A stretch of 64,000 nt of DNA from an uncultured Chthonomonadaceae bacterium (GTDB lineage: Bacteria > Armatimonadota > Chthonomonadetes > Chthonomonadales > Chthonomonadaceae): assembly GCA_963835065.1 (NCBI GenBank), contig CAWIEK010000049.1, positions 608,001 to 672,000 of the forward strand, written 5' to 3'. Positions within the stretch are counted from its first letter, which is position 1; each line of letters starts with the position of its first letter. The notes under the pieces are model-generated. The model worked only from the letters and a program-made list of their open reading frames with translations, was not told the DNA's origin and ran no database searches. Both the position numbers and the translations under genes were made by a program. Below, piece after piece: positions 52,267 through 63,136 of this stretch.

Positions 52267-52527
52267 ATGCGCGAGCAGAACAGTCGAATCACAATCAATC
52301 CCAAACAATGCGGAGGCCGTCCCTGCATTCGGGGAATACGCATACGAGTTGTGGATGTTCTGAACCTATTCGCGTCAAACCTGAACGCCGAGCAGATTTT
52401 AGAAGAAATGCCCGATTTGGAGAAGAAAGACTTACAGGCAACGCTGGAATACGCGGCGAACCCCTTCTCCCAAACTTGGGAGAAGGGGCCAGGGTTTGAG
52501 GAGGGTTACTCGGTCGCCAATCCCTGA
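52267..52527 (+). CDS. DUF433 protein (VapB45-like antitoxin)
   Basis: RITINPKQCGGRPCIRGIRIRV. Confidence 0.88.
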   Translation: MREQNSRITINPKQCGGRPCIRGIRIRVVDVLNLFASNLNAEQILEEMPDLEKKDLQATLEYAANPFSQTWEKGPGFEEGYSVANP

Positions 52528-54188
52528 TTTTTGGCTTCCTGCGTAGCGGTTGTTTTGGCCGCGTCGAGAGTTTCTTCCGCAACCGCCTGCACTTTGGTGG
52601 CGATGTCGGAAGCGGCGGACTGCGCCCGATTGAACAGTTCGTCGCGCTTCTGGCCCATGAAGCGGTTTTCCGGCTCTGTGGCGGGAAGCAACAGGCCCAC
52701 CGCCGCGCCAATGCCCAACGCCACTAAACCATAGGCCATCGGGTTGTCGTGGAACGTGTCCGATACCACGCCCTGCGCCTTGCGCGTCTGCTCCATCGCT
52801 GTCGAACCAAGCTGGCTGGCTTTGTCCCGCGCCTGGCTGGTCACTTGTGTTGCCTTATCCTTCGCCGCGCTCACCGCGCTGCTGACGGCATCGCTTGCCT
52901 GTCCCGCCTTGTCTTTGGCTGTACCCATTGCGCTGCTCACCTTATCTTTGGTGGTGTCCACGACACCGCCAACCTTGTCTTTCGCGCTGCCGGCTGCGTC
53001 TGACAGCTTATCTTTGGCGCTGCCGACCACATCCGTAACCTTGTCTTTGGCGCTGCCAACGGCGTCGGTTACTTTGTCTTTGGCGCTGCCAACAACGTCC
53101 GATACTTTGTCCTTCGCGTCCCCGACGGCCCCGGTAACAGCGTCTCCAACGTGCGCCGCTTTGTCCTTCACCGAATCTACCACGTCGCCGATTTTGCTGC
53201 CCACACTTGTGGAAGGCATATCCGACGGCAGATAGTCAGCGTAATCATCGCGCCGGTAATTCGTAGTCGCGCCATTATCGCGGCTGCGCATTATCAGCCA
53301 CGTCGCGCCCAACACCGCAGCGGCAATCGGAAGCGGGTTCTGGCTGACCGTGTTCAGCAGCGAGGAACCCACATTGCCACTGTTACTGCTTACGCTTCGT
53401 CCTATTCCATTCCCATCGGAAGAGGTTTCGATAATGATAATCTCTTCTTCCACCGGCATCAGTTCGACAGGCTGCGACGTGGGAAACATCGGATCGTAAT
53501 CCGTGTAATCGTAGTCGCCCGCATTACGGGTTCCATAGGTCGGAACCTTGTTGTCGTCCCGGTGTTTGAGATACAGATAGGTCGCGCCTACGGCAATCAG
53601 CGCGGTGGGCACGGGATTGCGCTTCACCGTGTCCAGCGCGGTTGTTCCGGCGCTGCTCACTCCTGCCATAACGCCTCCTGTGTTTCTGCGAGTATACGCG
53701 GGCGGGGTCGGAACTGTGCCGCGCAGCGAGTCAATAGCGGTATCCACGCTATGCTCTTCCTTGCCGCCCCCGAATACTTCGCCCACTTTGTCTTTGGCCG
53801 ACTGTACCGCGTTGCTGACGGTATCGCTGACGTTCTGCACTACGTTACTGACAGCATCCGCCGCGTTGTGCATCGCGTCGCCAACCGTATCCTTGACGTT
53901 TTCAACCGCCGTGCTGACGCTTTCCTTGACATTATCGCGGGCGGCATCCAGCGCGTCAACCGCAGCGTCCCTGACATGTTCTTTGGCCTGCTCCAGCACA
54001 ACCTGCGGATTCAGTTTTTCTTTGATCGCTTCCAGCGTTTCCTCAATGTCGTGCCGGGTATGCTCGATGTCGCTGCGCATGGCAACGATCTCGACCGTCT
54101 CATCCTCGCCGCCATGCGTCCCTGCTGCGGCATTGATCCCCGCCCGATCTGTTGCGGCCTGGTCTATTCCAACGGGAAGATCAGCCAT
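52506..54188 (-). CDS. DUF3618 protein with LEA-like 11-aa repeats
   Basis: RSDIEHTRHDIEETLEAIKEKLNP; D[AV]VGSAKDKV[ST] repeats; NP-hydrophobic anchors. Confidence 0.82.
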   Translation of the reverse strand: MADLPVGIDQAATDRAGINAAAGTHGGEDETVEIVAMRSDIEHTRHDIEETLEAIKEKLNPQVVLEQAKEHVRDAAVDALDAARDNVKESVSTAVENVKDTVGDAMHNAADAVSNVVQNVSDTVSNAVQSAKDKVGEVFGGGKEEHSVDTAIDSLRGTVPTPPAYTRRNTGGVMAGVSSAGTTALDTVKRNPVPTALIAVGATYLYLKHRDDNKVPTYGTRNAGDYDYTDYDPMFPTSQPVELMPVEEEIIIIETSSDGNGIGRSVSSNSGNVGSSLLNTVSQNPLPIAAAVLGATWLIMRSRDNGATTNYRRDDYADYLPSDMPSTSVGSKIGDVVDSVKDKAAHVGDAVTGAVGDAKDKVSDVVGSAKDKVTDAVGSAKDKVTDVVGSAKDKLSDAAGSAKDKVGGVVDTTKDKVSSAMGTAKDKAGQASDAVSSAVSAAKDKATQVTSQARDKASQLGSTAMEQTRKAQGVVSDTFHDNPMAYGLVALGIGAAVGLLLPATEPENRFMGQKRDELFNRAQSAASDIATKVQAVAEETLDAAKTTATQEAKNQGLATE

Positions 54189-54576
54189 GTTTCAACTCCT
54201 TCAGCGAATCTATAGTTTGGTGCGGCGTCAAATCCGCTCCCTTTATGGCGCTAATCCCCTTCATCACCAACGCGCCGCCAATGCCCGTAACTACCGCCCC
54301 TACAAGCAAGGCAGACACCCAGCCGGGTAAATGGAACACTTCAACCAACAGCAAGGCGATGGAAGCCACCAGCATCAGTACGCCCGCATACGCCAGTGCG
54401 CCGCCGGCCACCAAGAGGCCGATATTCTTGGTGACGTTTGCCAGTTTCTGGCTCATTTCGGTTTTGGCAAGTGTTAATTCCTGCCGCACCAGCGTGATTG
54501 TGTCCTGCGACAACCGCCCCAGCAATTCGCCAAGCGAACTGTCTTCTTTTTGTTGGGGAGCTTGATACATCGTCAT
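54181..54576 (-). CDS. Phage_holin_3_6-family membrane protein
   Basis: SLGELL...LVRQELTLAKTEM, two TMs, PHQTIDSLKE. Confidence 0.85.
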   Translation of the reverse strand: MTMYQAPQQKEDSSLGELLGRLSQDTITLVRQELTLAKTEMSQKLANVTKNIGLLVAGGALAYAGVLMLVASIALLLVEVFHLPGWVSALLVGAVVTGIGGALVMKGISAIKGADLTPHQTIDSLKELKHG

Positions 54577-54585
54577 GGCTTGTTA

Positions 54586-55314
54586 TTAGCCTCCTGTGCC
54601 CAACGGCGAATCGTACTGCGTTTCTATAGGAACCGGCAGCAGGCGATCCGTGGAAGGCGCGTACCCGGACGAACCAGCCGAACCGCCGGTGCTTTTCAGG
54701 AAGCGGGCCAGCATAATGCCCAACACAAACGCGCCCCCGATGAACAAGCCGGGCTGGCGGCGGGCAAACTGCTCCGTATCGCGGATGATGTCATCTACAG
54801 TTGCATCGCGTAAACGGGAGGACACCGTTCGTACCGTATCTGCGGCGCTGGCAGCCACATCCGCCACCTGTCCCATGTTGTTGGGATCATGCGCGCGCAA
54901 TTGATCGCCCGTGTCTTTGACCGCTCCGGCAATGCCGTCCAGTCCATCGGCGGCGGCATCCAACTGCGTTTCGATCCAGCCTTTGGTGCGAACGCGCGCC
55001 TGGTCAATGGCTTCGCCCGCTTTGCGCTGCGTATGCTCCACGACCTTCTGCGCCTGCTGCTTGGCTTGATCTACAATGGGCGCGGCGACACTGGCAACGC
55101 TGCTTGGGGTACTTGCGCCGTTTGTAGGCGCGCTCGTTGTTGATTCTGTCGTACTACCGGAAATAGGGGCAGTGGCGCTGCTGCCCGCGTCCGTAACGCC
55201 CATAATGGCGGCGGCTTCGGCGGCGCTTTCCGCCGGTCCGGGATCAGGGTGGTTAAAATGGTCATCCGGGTCTTGCGGCATGGCAGGGGGATTCCCCAAC
55301 TGGCTATCAGACAT
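54586..55314 (-). CDS. Hypothetical ElaB/YqjD-like tail-anchored protein
   Basis: FARRQPGLFIGGAFVLGIMLARFLKS. Confidence 0.75.
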   Translation of the reverse strand: MSDSQLGNPPAMPQDPDDHFNHPDPGPAESAAEAAAIMGVTDAGSSATAPISGSTTESTTSAPTNGASTPSSVASVAAPIVDQAKQQAQKVVEHTQRKAGEAIDQARVRTKGWIETQLDAAADGLDGIAGAVKDTGDQLRAHDPNNMGQVADVAASAADTVRTVSSRLRDATVDDIIRDTEQFARRQPGLFIGGAFVLGIMLARFLKSTGGSAGSSGYAPSTDRLLPVPIETQYDSPLGTGG

Positions 55315-55754
55315 GGCAAACTCCTTGCTCGCAACAAGGCGAGATGATATAATGTGCAGGCGCGAAGGTGACCGGCGGCAGTCAGCGCAAACGCGCGAGC
55401 CGAACACGTGTCAGAACGATTGTCGAAAATGCTTTGTTCCCGGTTGTTTCCACAGGAAGCGCTATACGAACCGAACTGGCATAACTGCCTACCTGCGTCT
55501 ACGCCATAGGTGATAGATGGTTGTATGAGCGTTCTGTCAATCAGAAATCATGGCTCAAAACAGTAACAGCCGTGACAATAAAGCTCGGCTGCATAACTCC
55601 TATCAACGTTTGAAGAGGCAGTTTGAAAAAGCGGAACAATGCGCGATTGGCAGGCCGTCATAGAGGTGTGCGGCTGCTTGAAGCCACTTGCTCCCCTACA
55701 GCCGCACACTCCCCTGAAGATGATTTAATATACGGAATAAAGCGAGGATTGCCA

Positions 55755-56237
55755 ATGTCCCAATTGATTACGGGGCTGTTTGATACACACGCCGACGCGG
55801 AAAACGCCATTACGCAGTTGAAGCAGCACGGGTATACGGCGAACGAGATCAGCGTGATTATGAAGGATGCGCAGGAAGCGCAGGCGCTCAGTGAAAGTTC
55901 CGGCACACATGCGGCGGAAACTTCTACTGCAGCAATTGGCGGCGGAGTTGGGGCGTTACTTGGTGGATTGCTTGCTATCAGCGCGGTTGCCATTCCCGGT
56001 ATCGGGCTAATTGCGGCGGGCGCACTGGCGGCGCTGTTTGTGGGTGGGGGCGGCGTAACCGGCTCTGTCGTCGGCTGGCTGGTAGGCGCGGGGATTCCCG
56101 AAGACACCGCCGCCCATTACGAACAGGGTTTGCATCAAGGCGGCATTGTACTTGCAATCGCCACGCATCCCGGAGATGAAGCCTACGTGCAGAGTATTCT
56201 CAGTAGCAATACCGCTCAATCCAGTACCTCTCTTTAA
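55755..56237 (+). CDS. General stress protein (YflT-like)
   Basis: GLFDTHADAENAITQL...ISVI, Gly-zipper, GIPEDTAAHYE. Confidence 0.8.
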   Translation: MSQLITGLFDTHADAENAITQLKQHGYTANEISVIMKDAQEAQALSESSGTHAAETSTAAIGGGVGALLGGLLAISAVAIPGIGLIAAGALAALFVGGGGVTGSVVGWLVGAGIPEDTAAHYEQGLHQGGIVLAIATHPGDEAYVQSILSSNTAQSSTSL

Positions 56238-57230
56238 CGGCGGGCGCACACGAAATTTTTACGGTAATACGACTCGCTGAGGTGGCTGACGGTCACTTGA
56301 TGTTTGCCGGAAGACGCATGGATGAAGTAGCCGTTGCCGACATAAAAACCCGTGTGGTGGACGCCAAGCCGCTCGGTGCGGGGCGTGAAGTACAGGCGGT
56401 CACCGGGCTGCAGCTGGTCTACGGGAACCGGAACGCCATACGCCATCTGGTCGGAGCCTAAACGCGGCAGGGGAAAGCCCAACGCGCCGTACACGTTCTT
56501 GACGAAACCGGAGCAATCAATGCCGCCATAGGTATTGCCGCCCCACACGTAGGGAACGCCCAGATACTTGTAAGCCTCGTTCAGAAAACGCCTGCGGGCT
56601 GGCGGTAAAGTACGGGCGGTCACTTCGCGGGTAAACGTCCGGGCCGCCAATGCCTGTGGGAGCGCTGCCGTTGCTGATGTCGGGGGAAGCCTGCTGCGTC
56701 GGCCATTGCCCATTGGACACCACCTGATAATCCAGCATCCGCACCGCTGCGCGATGTATCCACCCCATTGAGCCGTCCGCCATCAAAACGCCGTACCATT
56801 CCCCCTGCTCGTCTTCAATGGCAATATAGGTTCCCGCCCCTGCCGTGATTAACTGCGCCCCGTGTTCGCTGCGCGTCCGGCGTATGGGCGTGGCATGGTC
56901 TATCTGCCCCAAGCGGCCCACAACCCGGTCGCTGCCTGCCTGCCCCCGCGAGGACAAGGCGCCCCTGTCAGGATGATAACGTCCCTGACTGCGCAGGCTT
57001 GCGTCACCGGAACGGGGCGCGACATTGGTACGCGCCGCCGTTGCCCGCGTACGCGCCTTTTCCTGCGCCCGCATCTCCTGCGCTTCTTTGGACGGCGGCA
57101 ATTCCAGCGTCAGCGATTGATCGGCACGAACGATGCAGGAACCTTTCAGGCCAAAGAGCAGAACGAATAAGCAAGTACGCGCCAAAACGGACGCGCGGAC
57201 ATTTCGGGTCAAGTGAGCGGAATGGAGCAA
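56234..57230 (-). CDS. SH3 + NlpC/P60 peptidoglycan hydrolase, frameshift near 56585
   Basis: GEWYGV...MGWI; YLGVPYVWGG, DCSG, HTGFY, FIHAS. Confidence 0.85.
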
Positions 57231-57523
57231 CGCGGAACCTCCTCTGCACCTCGCAAGCGCTATTCTTGCAGCGCCGACAAAGCCGATGTGAAGCAGATTT
57301 CAGGAAAACAACAGCAGGGGATAAAACACAGAACGACAAGGTTCATTATCGGCAGGAGGGGGCCGATTTTGCAATACAATCCTAAAGACGGCATAACCTG
57401 CCGCCAAAGTGCGGTTCAAACCATTTGTCTTCAGCGTTAGCGCGACGGGGTTCAGCCCATCGCGCCAACACAAAGAACCTACAAAAACAACTACAATTCT
57501 CACCACGCGCAAACAAAGCGCGT

Positions 57524-57919
57524 TTACCGCTTGCTGAACTGGAAGCCGCGACGGGCGCGCTTGCGTCCGTATTTTTTGCGCTCTTTAACGCGGGGATCGC
57601 GGGTCAGCAGTCCGGTGCGGCGCAGGCGCGGACGCAATTCGGGGTCGGATTCCAGCAGGGCTTTGGAGATGCCGTGCCGAACGGCTCCCGCCTGCCCCGA
57701 AATGCCGCCGCCTTTGCAGTGCGCGATTACATCAAAACGGCCTTCGGTTTCCGTGATCTCGAACGGCTGTTGAATCAAGCGCGACAGTACGCGCCGTCCC
57801 AGATACTTTTCCGCCGGACGGTCGTTGATCGTCACCGTGCCCGAACCGGGCGCAAGCCATACGCGGGCAATCGCGTTTTTGCGCTTGCCGGTTCCATAAA
57901 AGCGATTTGCGTCTGCCAC
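57524..57919 (-). CDS. rpsI: 30S ribosomal protein S9
   Basis: [27 protein letters not shown]. Confidence 0.97.
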   Translation of the reverse strand: MADANRFYGTGKRKNAIARVWLAPGSGTVTINDRPAEKYLGRRVLSRLIQQPFEITETEGRFDVIAHCKGGGISGQAGAVRHGISKALLESDPELRPRLRRTGLLTRDPRVKERKKYGRKRARRGFQFSKR

Positions 57920-57921
57920 GC

Positions 57922-58392
57922 TTACTCTCCCTTGTTGGTCGGATCGGCCTGTACGCCGCCCGTAAAGATGATGGGGCCTTGCGCCTCATGCGGATGTGTC
58001 GGGCCGCTGTACACTTTCAGCTTCTTGATAACGGCGTCGCCCAGTTTGTTGTGCGGAATCATGCCGCGCACAACGCGGCGAACGGCCTCTTCAGGCTTCT
58101 TCGTCAGTTCATCCTGCCGCTTGATGCTTTTCAGCGCGCCCGGCCAGCCCGTGTGGTGGTACACCGGCTCGCCCGGCTTGTTCGCGCCGGTCAAAATCAC
58201 TTTGTCGGCATTGATGATAATAACGTGGTCGCCCGTATCCACGTTTGGCGTGAAAATGGGCTTGTGCTTGCCGCGCAGGACTTTGGCCGCGTCTACCGCC
58301 AGCCGTCCAAGCGGCTTGTTCGTCGCGTCCATCACATACCAGACGCGCTGCGCTTCCATATCCTCGGCGCGAGCCGATTTGGTGGTTTTCAT
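57922..58392 (-). CDS. rplM: 50S ribosomal protein L13
   Basis: [26 protein letters not shown]. Confidence 0.97.
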   Translation of the reverse strand: MKTTKSARAEDMEAQRVWYVMDATNKPLGRLAVDAAKVLRGKHKPIFTPNVDTGDHVIIINADKVILTGANKPGEPVYHHTGWPGALKSIKRQDELTKKPEEAVRRVVRGMIPHNKLGDAVIKKLKVYSGPTHPHEAQGPIIFTGGVQADPTNKGE

Positions 58393-58502
58393 TAGTTGAT
58401 TTCCCGCCCAAAACACGGTATTCAGGTGTTCGGGTATTCAGGTATTGGGTACTCGGTAGTGGGTATCAGGTATTCTGTTCCCTGTTCCCTGTTCCCTGTT
58501 CC

Positions 58503-59315
58503 CTATGTTTCGCTTTCACTGCCATTTGCCAGATCGAGCGCAAGCCGCTCGGCGTGTTCGGCTTTGTAGTCTTTGCGGACGCCGTATCGCGCTTTGAGCA
58601 GGCATAAGCCCTGCGGCGGCGCGGAGGGGCCGGCTTGCCTGCGGTCACGGGTTTGTAGCAAGCGGGGAATATCTTCCGCCGAACGCTTGCCAAAGCCGAC
58701 TTCCAGCAGGGTTCCCACGACGTTGCGCACCATGCCGCGCAGAAAAGCGTTGGCTTCGATACGCACCAGCACGAACCGATGATAACGTCCGACCTGCAAG
58801 CGCATCACATCGCGCATTGTGGGTTGATCCGCCATCAGTTCATTGGTGAAGCAGGCAAAATCCTGTTCGCCAAGCAAGTATCGCGCCGCTTCCTGCATAG
58901 CAGTCACATCCAGAGGTCCGGGGCGCAGCGCGCTGTAACGGCTCCAGATCGCGGACGGCGTACTCCGGTTCAGAATCAGGTACGCATACAAGCGCGAGGA
59001 CGCGGAAAACCGCGCATTAAAATCGCCGTCTACGCGCTCCACCTGCCGAATGGTAACATCGGAAGGCAGCGCGCTGTTCAAGGCAATCGCCATACGCTCA
59101 AACGGAATTGATGTCTCGCATTCAAAGCTGATAACCTGCCCCAATGCGTGAACGCCCGCGTCCGTCCGCCCCGCTCCCGTAATCCGAACATCCTGCCGCG
59201 TCCGCTCCTTAAGCGCCGTTTCCAGCACCCCCTGCACCGTTCGGATGTTGTGCTGCCACTGAAAGCCCGAAAAGTTCGTGCCGTCGTATTCCACTGTGGC
59301 TTTGAAATGGTTCAT
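58503..59315 (-). CDS. truA: tRNA pseudouridine(38-40) synthase
   Basis: YDGTNFSGFQ, GRTDAGVHA, FLRGMVR. Confidence 0.96.
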   Translation of the reverse strand: MNHFKATVEYDGTNFSGFQWQHNIRTVQGVLETALKERTRQDVRITGAGRTDAGVHALGQVISFECETSIPFERMAIALNSALPSDVTIRQVERVDGDFNARFSASSRLYAYLILNRSTPSAIWSRYSALRPGPLDVTAMQEAARYLLGEQDFACFTNELMADQPTMRDVMRLQVGRYHRFVLVRIEANAFLRGMVRNVVGTLLEVGFGKRSAEDIPRLLQTRDRRQAGPSAPPQGLCLLKARYGVRKDYKAEHAERLALDLANGSESET

Positions 59316-59439
59316 AGTTGATAGTTGATAGTTGATAGTTGACTCGCCATGACATATTAGCGTTCAGGTATCGGCGGCATACAGCCGGAAGCGACTTCCT
59401 CACGCCTCCTATCAACTATCAACTATCAACTATCAACTA
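59315..59439. repeat. Inverted heptamer arrays (TAGTTGA)x4, 69-nt loop
   Basis: Read directly. Confidence 0.9.
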
Positions 59440-59988
59440 ACTCCTTCTCCGTCCCAATCCGAACAGGCCGCGTCGTCCATCGCTGGTGACGGTGGCCGTT
59501 ACCGGGGTGGCGTCGGGTTCGGGGATGGGCACTTCATTGCCTTCAACGAACTCCAGCAGCACCATCGGCGCGGCATCGCCGCGTCGGAAGCCGATTTTGG
59601 TAATGCGCGTATACCCGCCGTTGCGATCCATGTAGCGGGGCGCGATTTCTTCAAACAAGCGCGGCACGACATAGTACGGGTTACGGGCAATCTTCGCGCC
59701 GCCGCGCGGTCCTTTGTTGGATTGGTCGCGCACAAACTCATCAATGTTGCTGTCTACCCACCGGCGCACCAATCGGCGCGTGTGCAGGCGCATGGCGACG
59801 GGCGCGTCCACGCCGCCCTTGCGGGCAATGGTGACAAGCTTTTCCACGATAGGACGCACTTCTTTGGCGCGCGTTTCCGTCGTGACAATCCGGTCATTAA
59901 GCAGCAGGCTGCGGGTCAAACTTTTCAGCAGCGCGCGCCGCTGGTCGCTTGGCAATCCAAGCTTTCGATAGGCTTTGCGGTGACGCAT
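59437..59988 (-). CDS. rplQ: 50S ribosomal protein L17
   Basis: [27 protein letters not shown]. Confidence 0.96.
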   Translation of the reverse strand: MRHRKAYRKLGLPSDQRRALLKSLTRSLLLNDRIVTTETRAKEVRPIVEKLVTIARKGGVDAPVAMRLHTRRLVRRWVDSNIDEFVRDQSNKGPRGGAKIARNPYYVVPRLFEEIAPRYMDRNGGYTRITKIGFRRGDAAPMVLLEFVEGNEVPIPEPDATPVTATVTSDGRRGLFGLGRRRS

Positions 59989-60006
59989 TTGTTTTCCTTC
60001 GGAAAG

Positions 60007-60132
60007 GGGGAAGATAAGAGATAAGAGATAAGAGATATTAGTAAAACCTATATCTTGCTCAACGCTTTGCGAGAAGCGGAAGGAACTGAGGTCTAGTCCT
60101 GAACTAATATCTCTTATCTCTTATCTTCCCCC
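60007..60132. repeat. Inverted heptamer arrays (GATAAGA), 60-nt loop
   Basis: Read directly. Confidence 0.9.
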
Positions 60133-61145
60133 TACTCCGTATCGTTCTCGCCTTCGGCGTCGGGGTCTTCTTCGTCCAGATTGACGGTGGAGCCGCCTTT
60201 GAGCGATAAGCCAAGCTGTCCAAGTTTTTCGCGGACTTCCGTCAGCGACTTGCGGCCAAAGTTGCGAATCTGCATTAAATCGGCTTCCGTAAACTGCACC
60301 AGTTCGTTGATGGTGAGAATGTTGGCCTTCTTCAAGCAGTTGTAAGTGCGAACCGAAAAATCCAGTTCTTCAATGCGCAGGTACGGCGGTTCGGGGCCGT
60401 TGTCCTGAAGGATCGGGCCGGGGGCTATTAACCCGCCTATGCCCGCCCGGAAACTGGCGAACAATCCGAAATACTGGCCCAGGATTTTGGCGGCCTCGCT
60501 GATCGCCGATTCGGGCGTAATTGTGCCGTTTGTCCACACTTCCAGTATCAGCCGCTCCAGGTTCGTGTTCGATCCCTGCCGCGTGGCTTCAACCGTGTAG
60601 TTTACTTTGCGCACGGGCGTAAACGCGGCTCCCATTGGGATCACGCCGATGCCCATTTGACTGCGGCGCTCTTGGCGTTCCGGGAGAACGTAGCCCTTGT
60701 TGGTTTCAATGGTCATTTCCACGAACAAGCGCGCGTCTTCGTCCGAAATCGTCGCAATGTACGCTTCCGGGTTGACCACTTCCACATCGGCGGGACAATG
60801 CACGTCCGCGCCGGTGACAATGCCTTCGCCCTTGCGATCAATGCTGATGGTGACGGGTTCGTGCCGCTCGCCGCTGCCATTCGTATGCACTTTGACAAAC
60901 ACATCTTTGAGGTTCAGCAGCAATTCCGTGGTATCTTCCTTCACGCCCGGAATAGTGGAGAACTCATGCAGCACTTTGTCAATTTTCACATACGTAATCG
61001 CCGCCCCCGGAATCGAAGACAGCAGCACACGGCGCAGGGAGTTGCCCAGCGTCACCCCATACCCCCGGTCCAGCGGCTCCACAATGAACTTGCCGTAGTT
61101 CGTTTCGGAGTCGAGCTTCTGGATGTTCGGCAGGGTCAGGTCCAT
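60132..61145 (-). CDS. rpoA: RNA polymerase subunit alpha
   Basis: EPLDRGYGVTLGNSLRRVLLSS, SVRTYNCLK, RNFGRKS. Confidence 0.98.
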   Translation of the reverse strand: MDLTLPNIQKLDSETNYGKFIVEPLDRGYGVTLGNSLRRVLLSSIPGAAITYVKIDKVLHEFSTIPGVKEDTTELLLNLKDVFVKVHTNGSGERHEPVTISIDRKGEGIVTGADVHCPADVEVVNPEAYIATISDEDARLFVEMTIETNKGYVLPERQERRSQMGIGVIPMGAAFTPVRKVNYTVEATRQGSNTNLERLILEVWTNGTITPESAISEAAKILGQYFGLFASFRAGIGGLIAPGPILQDNGPEPPYLRIEELDFSVRTYNCLKKANILTINELVQFTEADLMQIRNFGRKSLTEVREKLGQLGLSLKGGSTVNLDEEDPDAEGENDTE

Positions 61146-61164
61146 ATTTCTCACTCTCCTTCGC

Positions 61165-61271
61165 AGGCATTAGGCATTAGGCATTAGGCACCTACCTTAA
61201 TGCTTTCGCGCCCTCGTAAGCACAAAGCAACCAGGCATTTCCTAATGCCTAATGCCTGATGCCTAATGCCT
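61165..61271. repeat. Inverted heptamer arrays (AGGCATT), 50-nt loop
   Basis: Read directly. Confidence 0.88.
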
Positions 61272-61276
61272 ACCTC

Positions 61277-61948
61277 CTACCGCGAATAGAACTCGATGAT
61301 GAGCTGTTCGCGAATATGGGCGATGTCGCCGCTTTCTTTCAGTTCGTTGAGCGTGGGAACCGAGACGATGCGGCCTTCCATGGCATTAGTGTTGAACTGA
61401 AGCCAGATGGGCAGGCTGCGCCGGATCACGCGGTCGCGCGCTTCGCGGATGCCGCCCGTACGGGTTGCGCTCTCATGGACGCCGACCACATCACCGGGCT
61501 TCAAAATATACGAAGGAATGTTGACGCGCTGACCGTTAATAGTAAAGTGGCGGTGCGTGATCATCTGCCGGGCCTGCGCGCGGCTGGCGGCGAGTCCCAA
61601 ACGATAAATCACGTTGTCGAAGCGCGACTCCAGCAGGCGCAGCAGGTTTTCACCCGTAACGCCCGGCAGGCGCAGGGCTTCGTCAAGATAGTTGTGGAAT
61701 TGTTTTTCCAGAACGCGGTACACGCGGCGGAGTTTCTGCTTTTCGCGCAGCTGCTGCCCGTATTCCGTAATTTTGCGCTGAAAGGCGGGAGCGCCGTGCA
61801 TTCCCGGCGGCTTGTCGCGCCATTTGGTTTTCCCGTCCCGACTCTGTTTGTCGAGCGTACAGTGGGTGAAGCACTTATCGCCCTTGAGGTACAGTTTCAA
61901 TCCCTCGCGGCGACATTGGCGACACCGGGGATCATGATTATTAGCCAT
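61277..61948 (-). CDS. rpsD: 30S ribosomal protein S4 (Zn-binding type)
   Basis: CRQCRREG, YGQQLREKQK, LESRFDN, IEFYSR. Confidence 0.97.
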   Translation of the reverse strand: MANNHDPRCRQCRREGLKLYLKGDKCFTHCTLDKQSRDGKTKWRDKPPGMHGAPAFQRKITEYGQQLREKQKLRRVYRVLEKQFHNYLDEALRLPGVTGENLLRLLESRFDNVIYRLGLAASRAQARQMITHRHFTINGQRVNIPSYILKPGDVVGVHESATRTGGIREARDRVIRRSLPIWLQFNTNAMEGRIVSVPTLNELKESGDIAHIREQLIIEFYSR

Positions 61949-62165
61949 AACGAACCAGATGCTCCTTGTGGTCTGTTGCTAGTTGCCACCAAGTGACAGC
62001 AGGAGAGAGTAATGAATGATGAGTGATGAATGATGAATGACAAATCCATTCTTCAATCAAGCAATCTCCGTTCATCCGGTATACAGGTTCTCTCCAGGGT
62101 GTTTACACGCGGCCATTGTTCTTGTAAATGGCCTGACGCTTCCTCCACCTGCACATCACAATCGT

Positions 62166-62315
62166 ATTTTGGATTTCCGATTTTGGAGTTTGGATTATTC
62201 CCAAACTCCGCAACAAAACTCCTATTTATCAAACAGGCAACAAATATTTCACACTATATTATGGACAAGACTTCCGATGGTTATAATTCAAAATCGAAAA
62301 TCCTCAATCCAAAAT
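62166..62315. repeat. Degenerate inverted heptamer arrays (TTTGGAT-like), ~86-nt AT-rich loop
   Basis: Read directly. Confidence 0.7.
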
Positions 62316-62317
62316 CG

Positions 62318-62728
62318 TCACACGCGCCGTCGCTTGGGCGGGCGGCAGCCGTTGTGCGGAATGGGCGTCACGTCTTTGATAAGACTGACTTCCAGGCCGA
62401 CATTTTGCAGCGCGCGAATAGCCGTTTCGCGGCCCGCGCCGGGTCCTTTGACATACACTTCCACGCGCCGCAGCCCATGCTCCATTGCCGCGCGGGATGC
62501 GCGCTCTGAAGCGATCTGCGCCGCGAACGGCGTACCCTTGCGGGTTCCCTTGAACATGCCCACGCTGCCCGCGCTGGCCCAGGAAAGCGTCGCGCCCTGC
62601 ATGTCGGTAATCGTCACCAGCGTATTGTTAAACGTGGATTGGATGTGGACAATGCCGGCCACAACGTTCTTTTTCTCTTTCGACTTCGGCTTGCCTGCGC
62701 TGCCCTTTGTCGTTTGTTTATTCGCCAT
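62318..62728 (-). CDS. rpsK: 30S ribosomal protein S11
   Basis: [26 protein letters not shown]. Confidence 0.98.
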   Translation of the reverse strand: MANKQTTKGSAGKPKSKEKKNVVAGIVHIQSTFNNTLVTITDMQGATLSWASAGSVGMFKGTRKGTPFAAQIASERASRAAMEHGLRRVEVYVKGPGAGRETAIRALQNVGLEVSLIKDVTPIPHNGCRPPKRRRV

Positions 62729-62739
62729 GCGATTCTCCC

Positions 62740-63117
62740 CTACTTCTTCGGTTTCTTCTTGCCGGCTACGGCGCGCTTGGGACCCTTGCGGAAACGGGCG
62801 TTGGTTTTGGTGCGCTGGCCGCGCACCGGCAGGCCGCGCCGATGCCGCAGGCCACGATAGCAGCCGATTTCAATCAGACGCCGGATGCTCATCGCGAACT
62901 CGCGGCGCAAGTCACCCTCGACGCGAAAATCGCGCTCCAGGATTTCGCGCATTTTACCGGTTTCGGTTTCGGTCAAATCCCGAACGCGCGTAACCGGGTT
63001 GATGCCCGCCCGCTCAACGATCTTTTTGGCGCTGGTCAGCCCGATGCCGTAGATGTAGGTGAGCGCATATTCAATGCGTTTGTCGCGTGGCAGGTCCACG
63101 CCAGCAATACGTGCCAA
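62740..63117 (-). CDS. rpsM: 30S ribosomal protein S13
   Basis: [32 protein letters not shown]. Confidence 0.98.
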   Translation of the reverse strand: MARIAGVDLPRDKRIEYALTYIYGIGLTSAKKIVERAGINPVTRVRDLTETETGKMREILERDFRVEGDLRREFAMSIRRLIEIGCYRGLRHRRGLPVRGQRTKTNARFRKGPKRAVAGKKKPKK

Positions 63118-63136
63118 ACCGCTCCTCCTTGCGAGG

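Noticed and set aside
54181..54576. Prophage from a holin-family gene
   Set aside because: No other phage genes; this family commonly sits in chromosomal DUF3618 clusters
57231..57523. c-di-AMP (ydaO) riboswitch upstream of NlpC/P60
   Set aside because: Could not find the conserved core; only a REP-like hairpin and a promoter-like sequence
58417..58503. Unpaired heptamer tracts (also 9284-9318, 11284-11358, 12187-12214, 12965-13095, 49024-49052, 62010-62040, 63550-63578, 63977-64000) as hairpin elements
   Set aside because: No adjacent complementary arm visible; treated as simple tandem repeats
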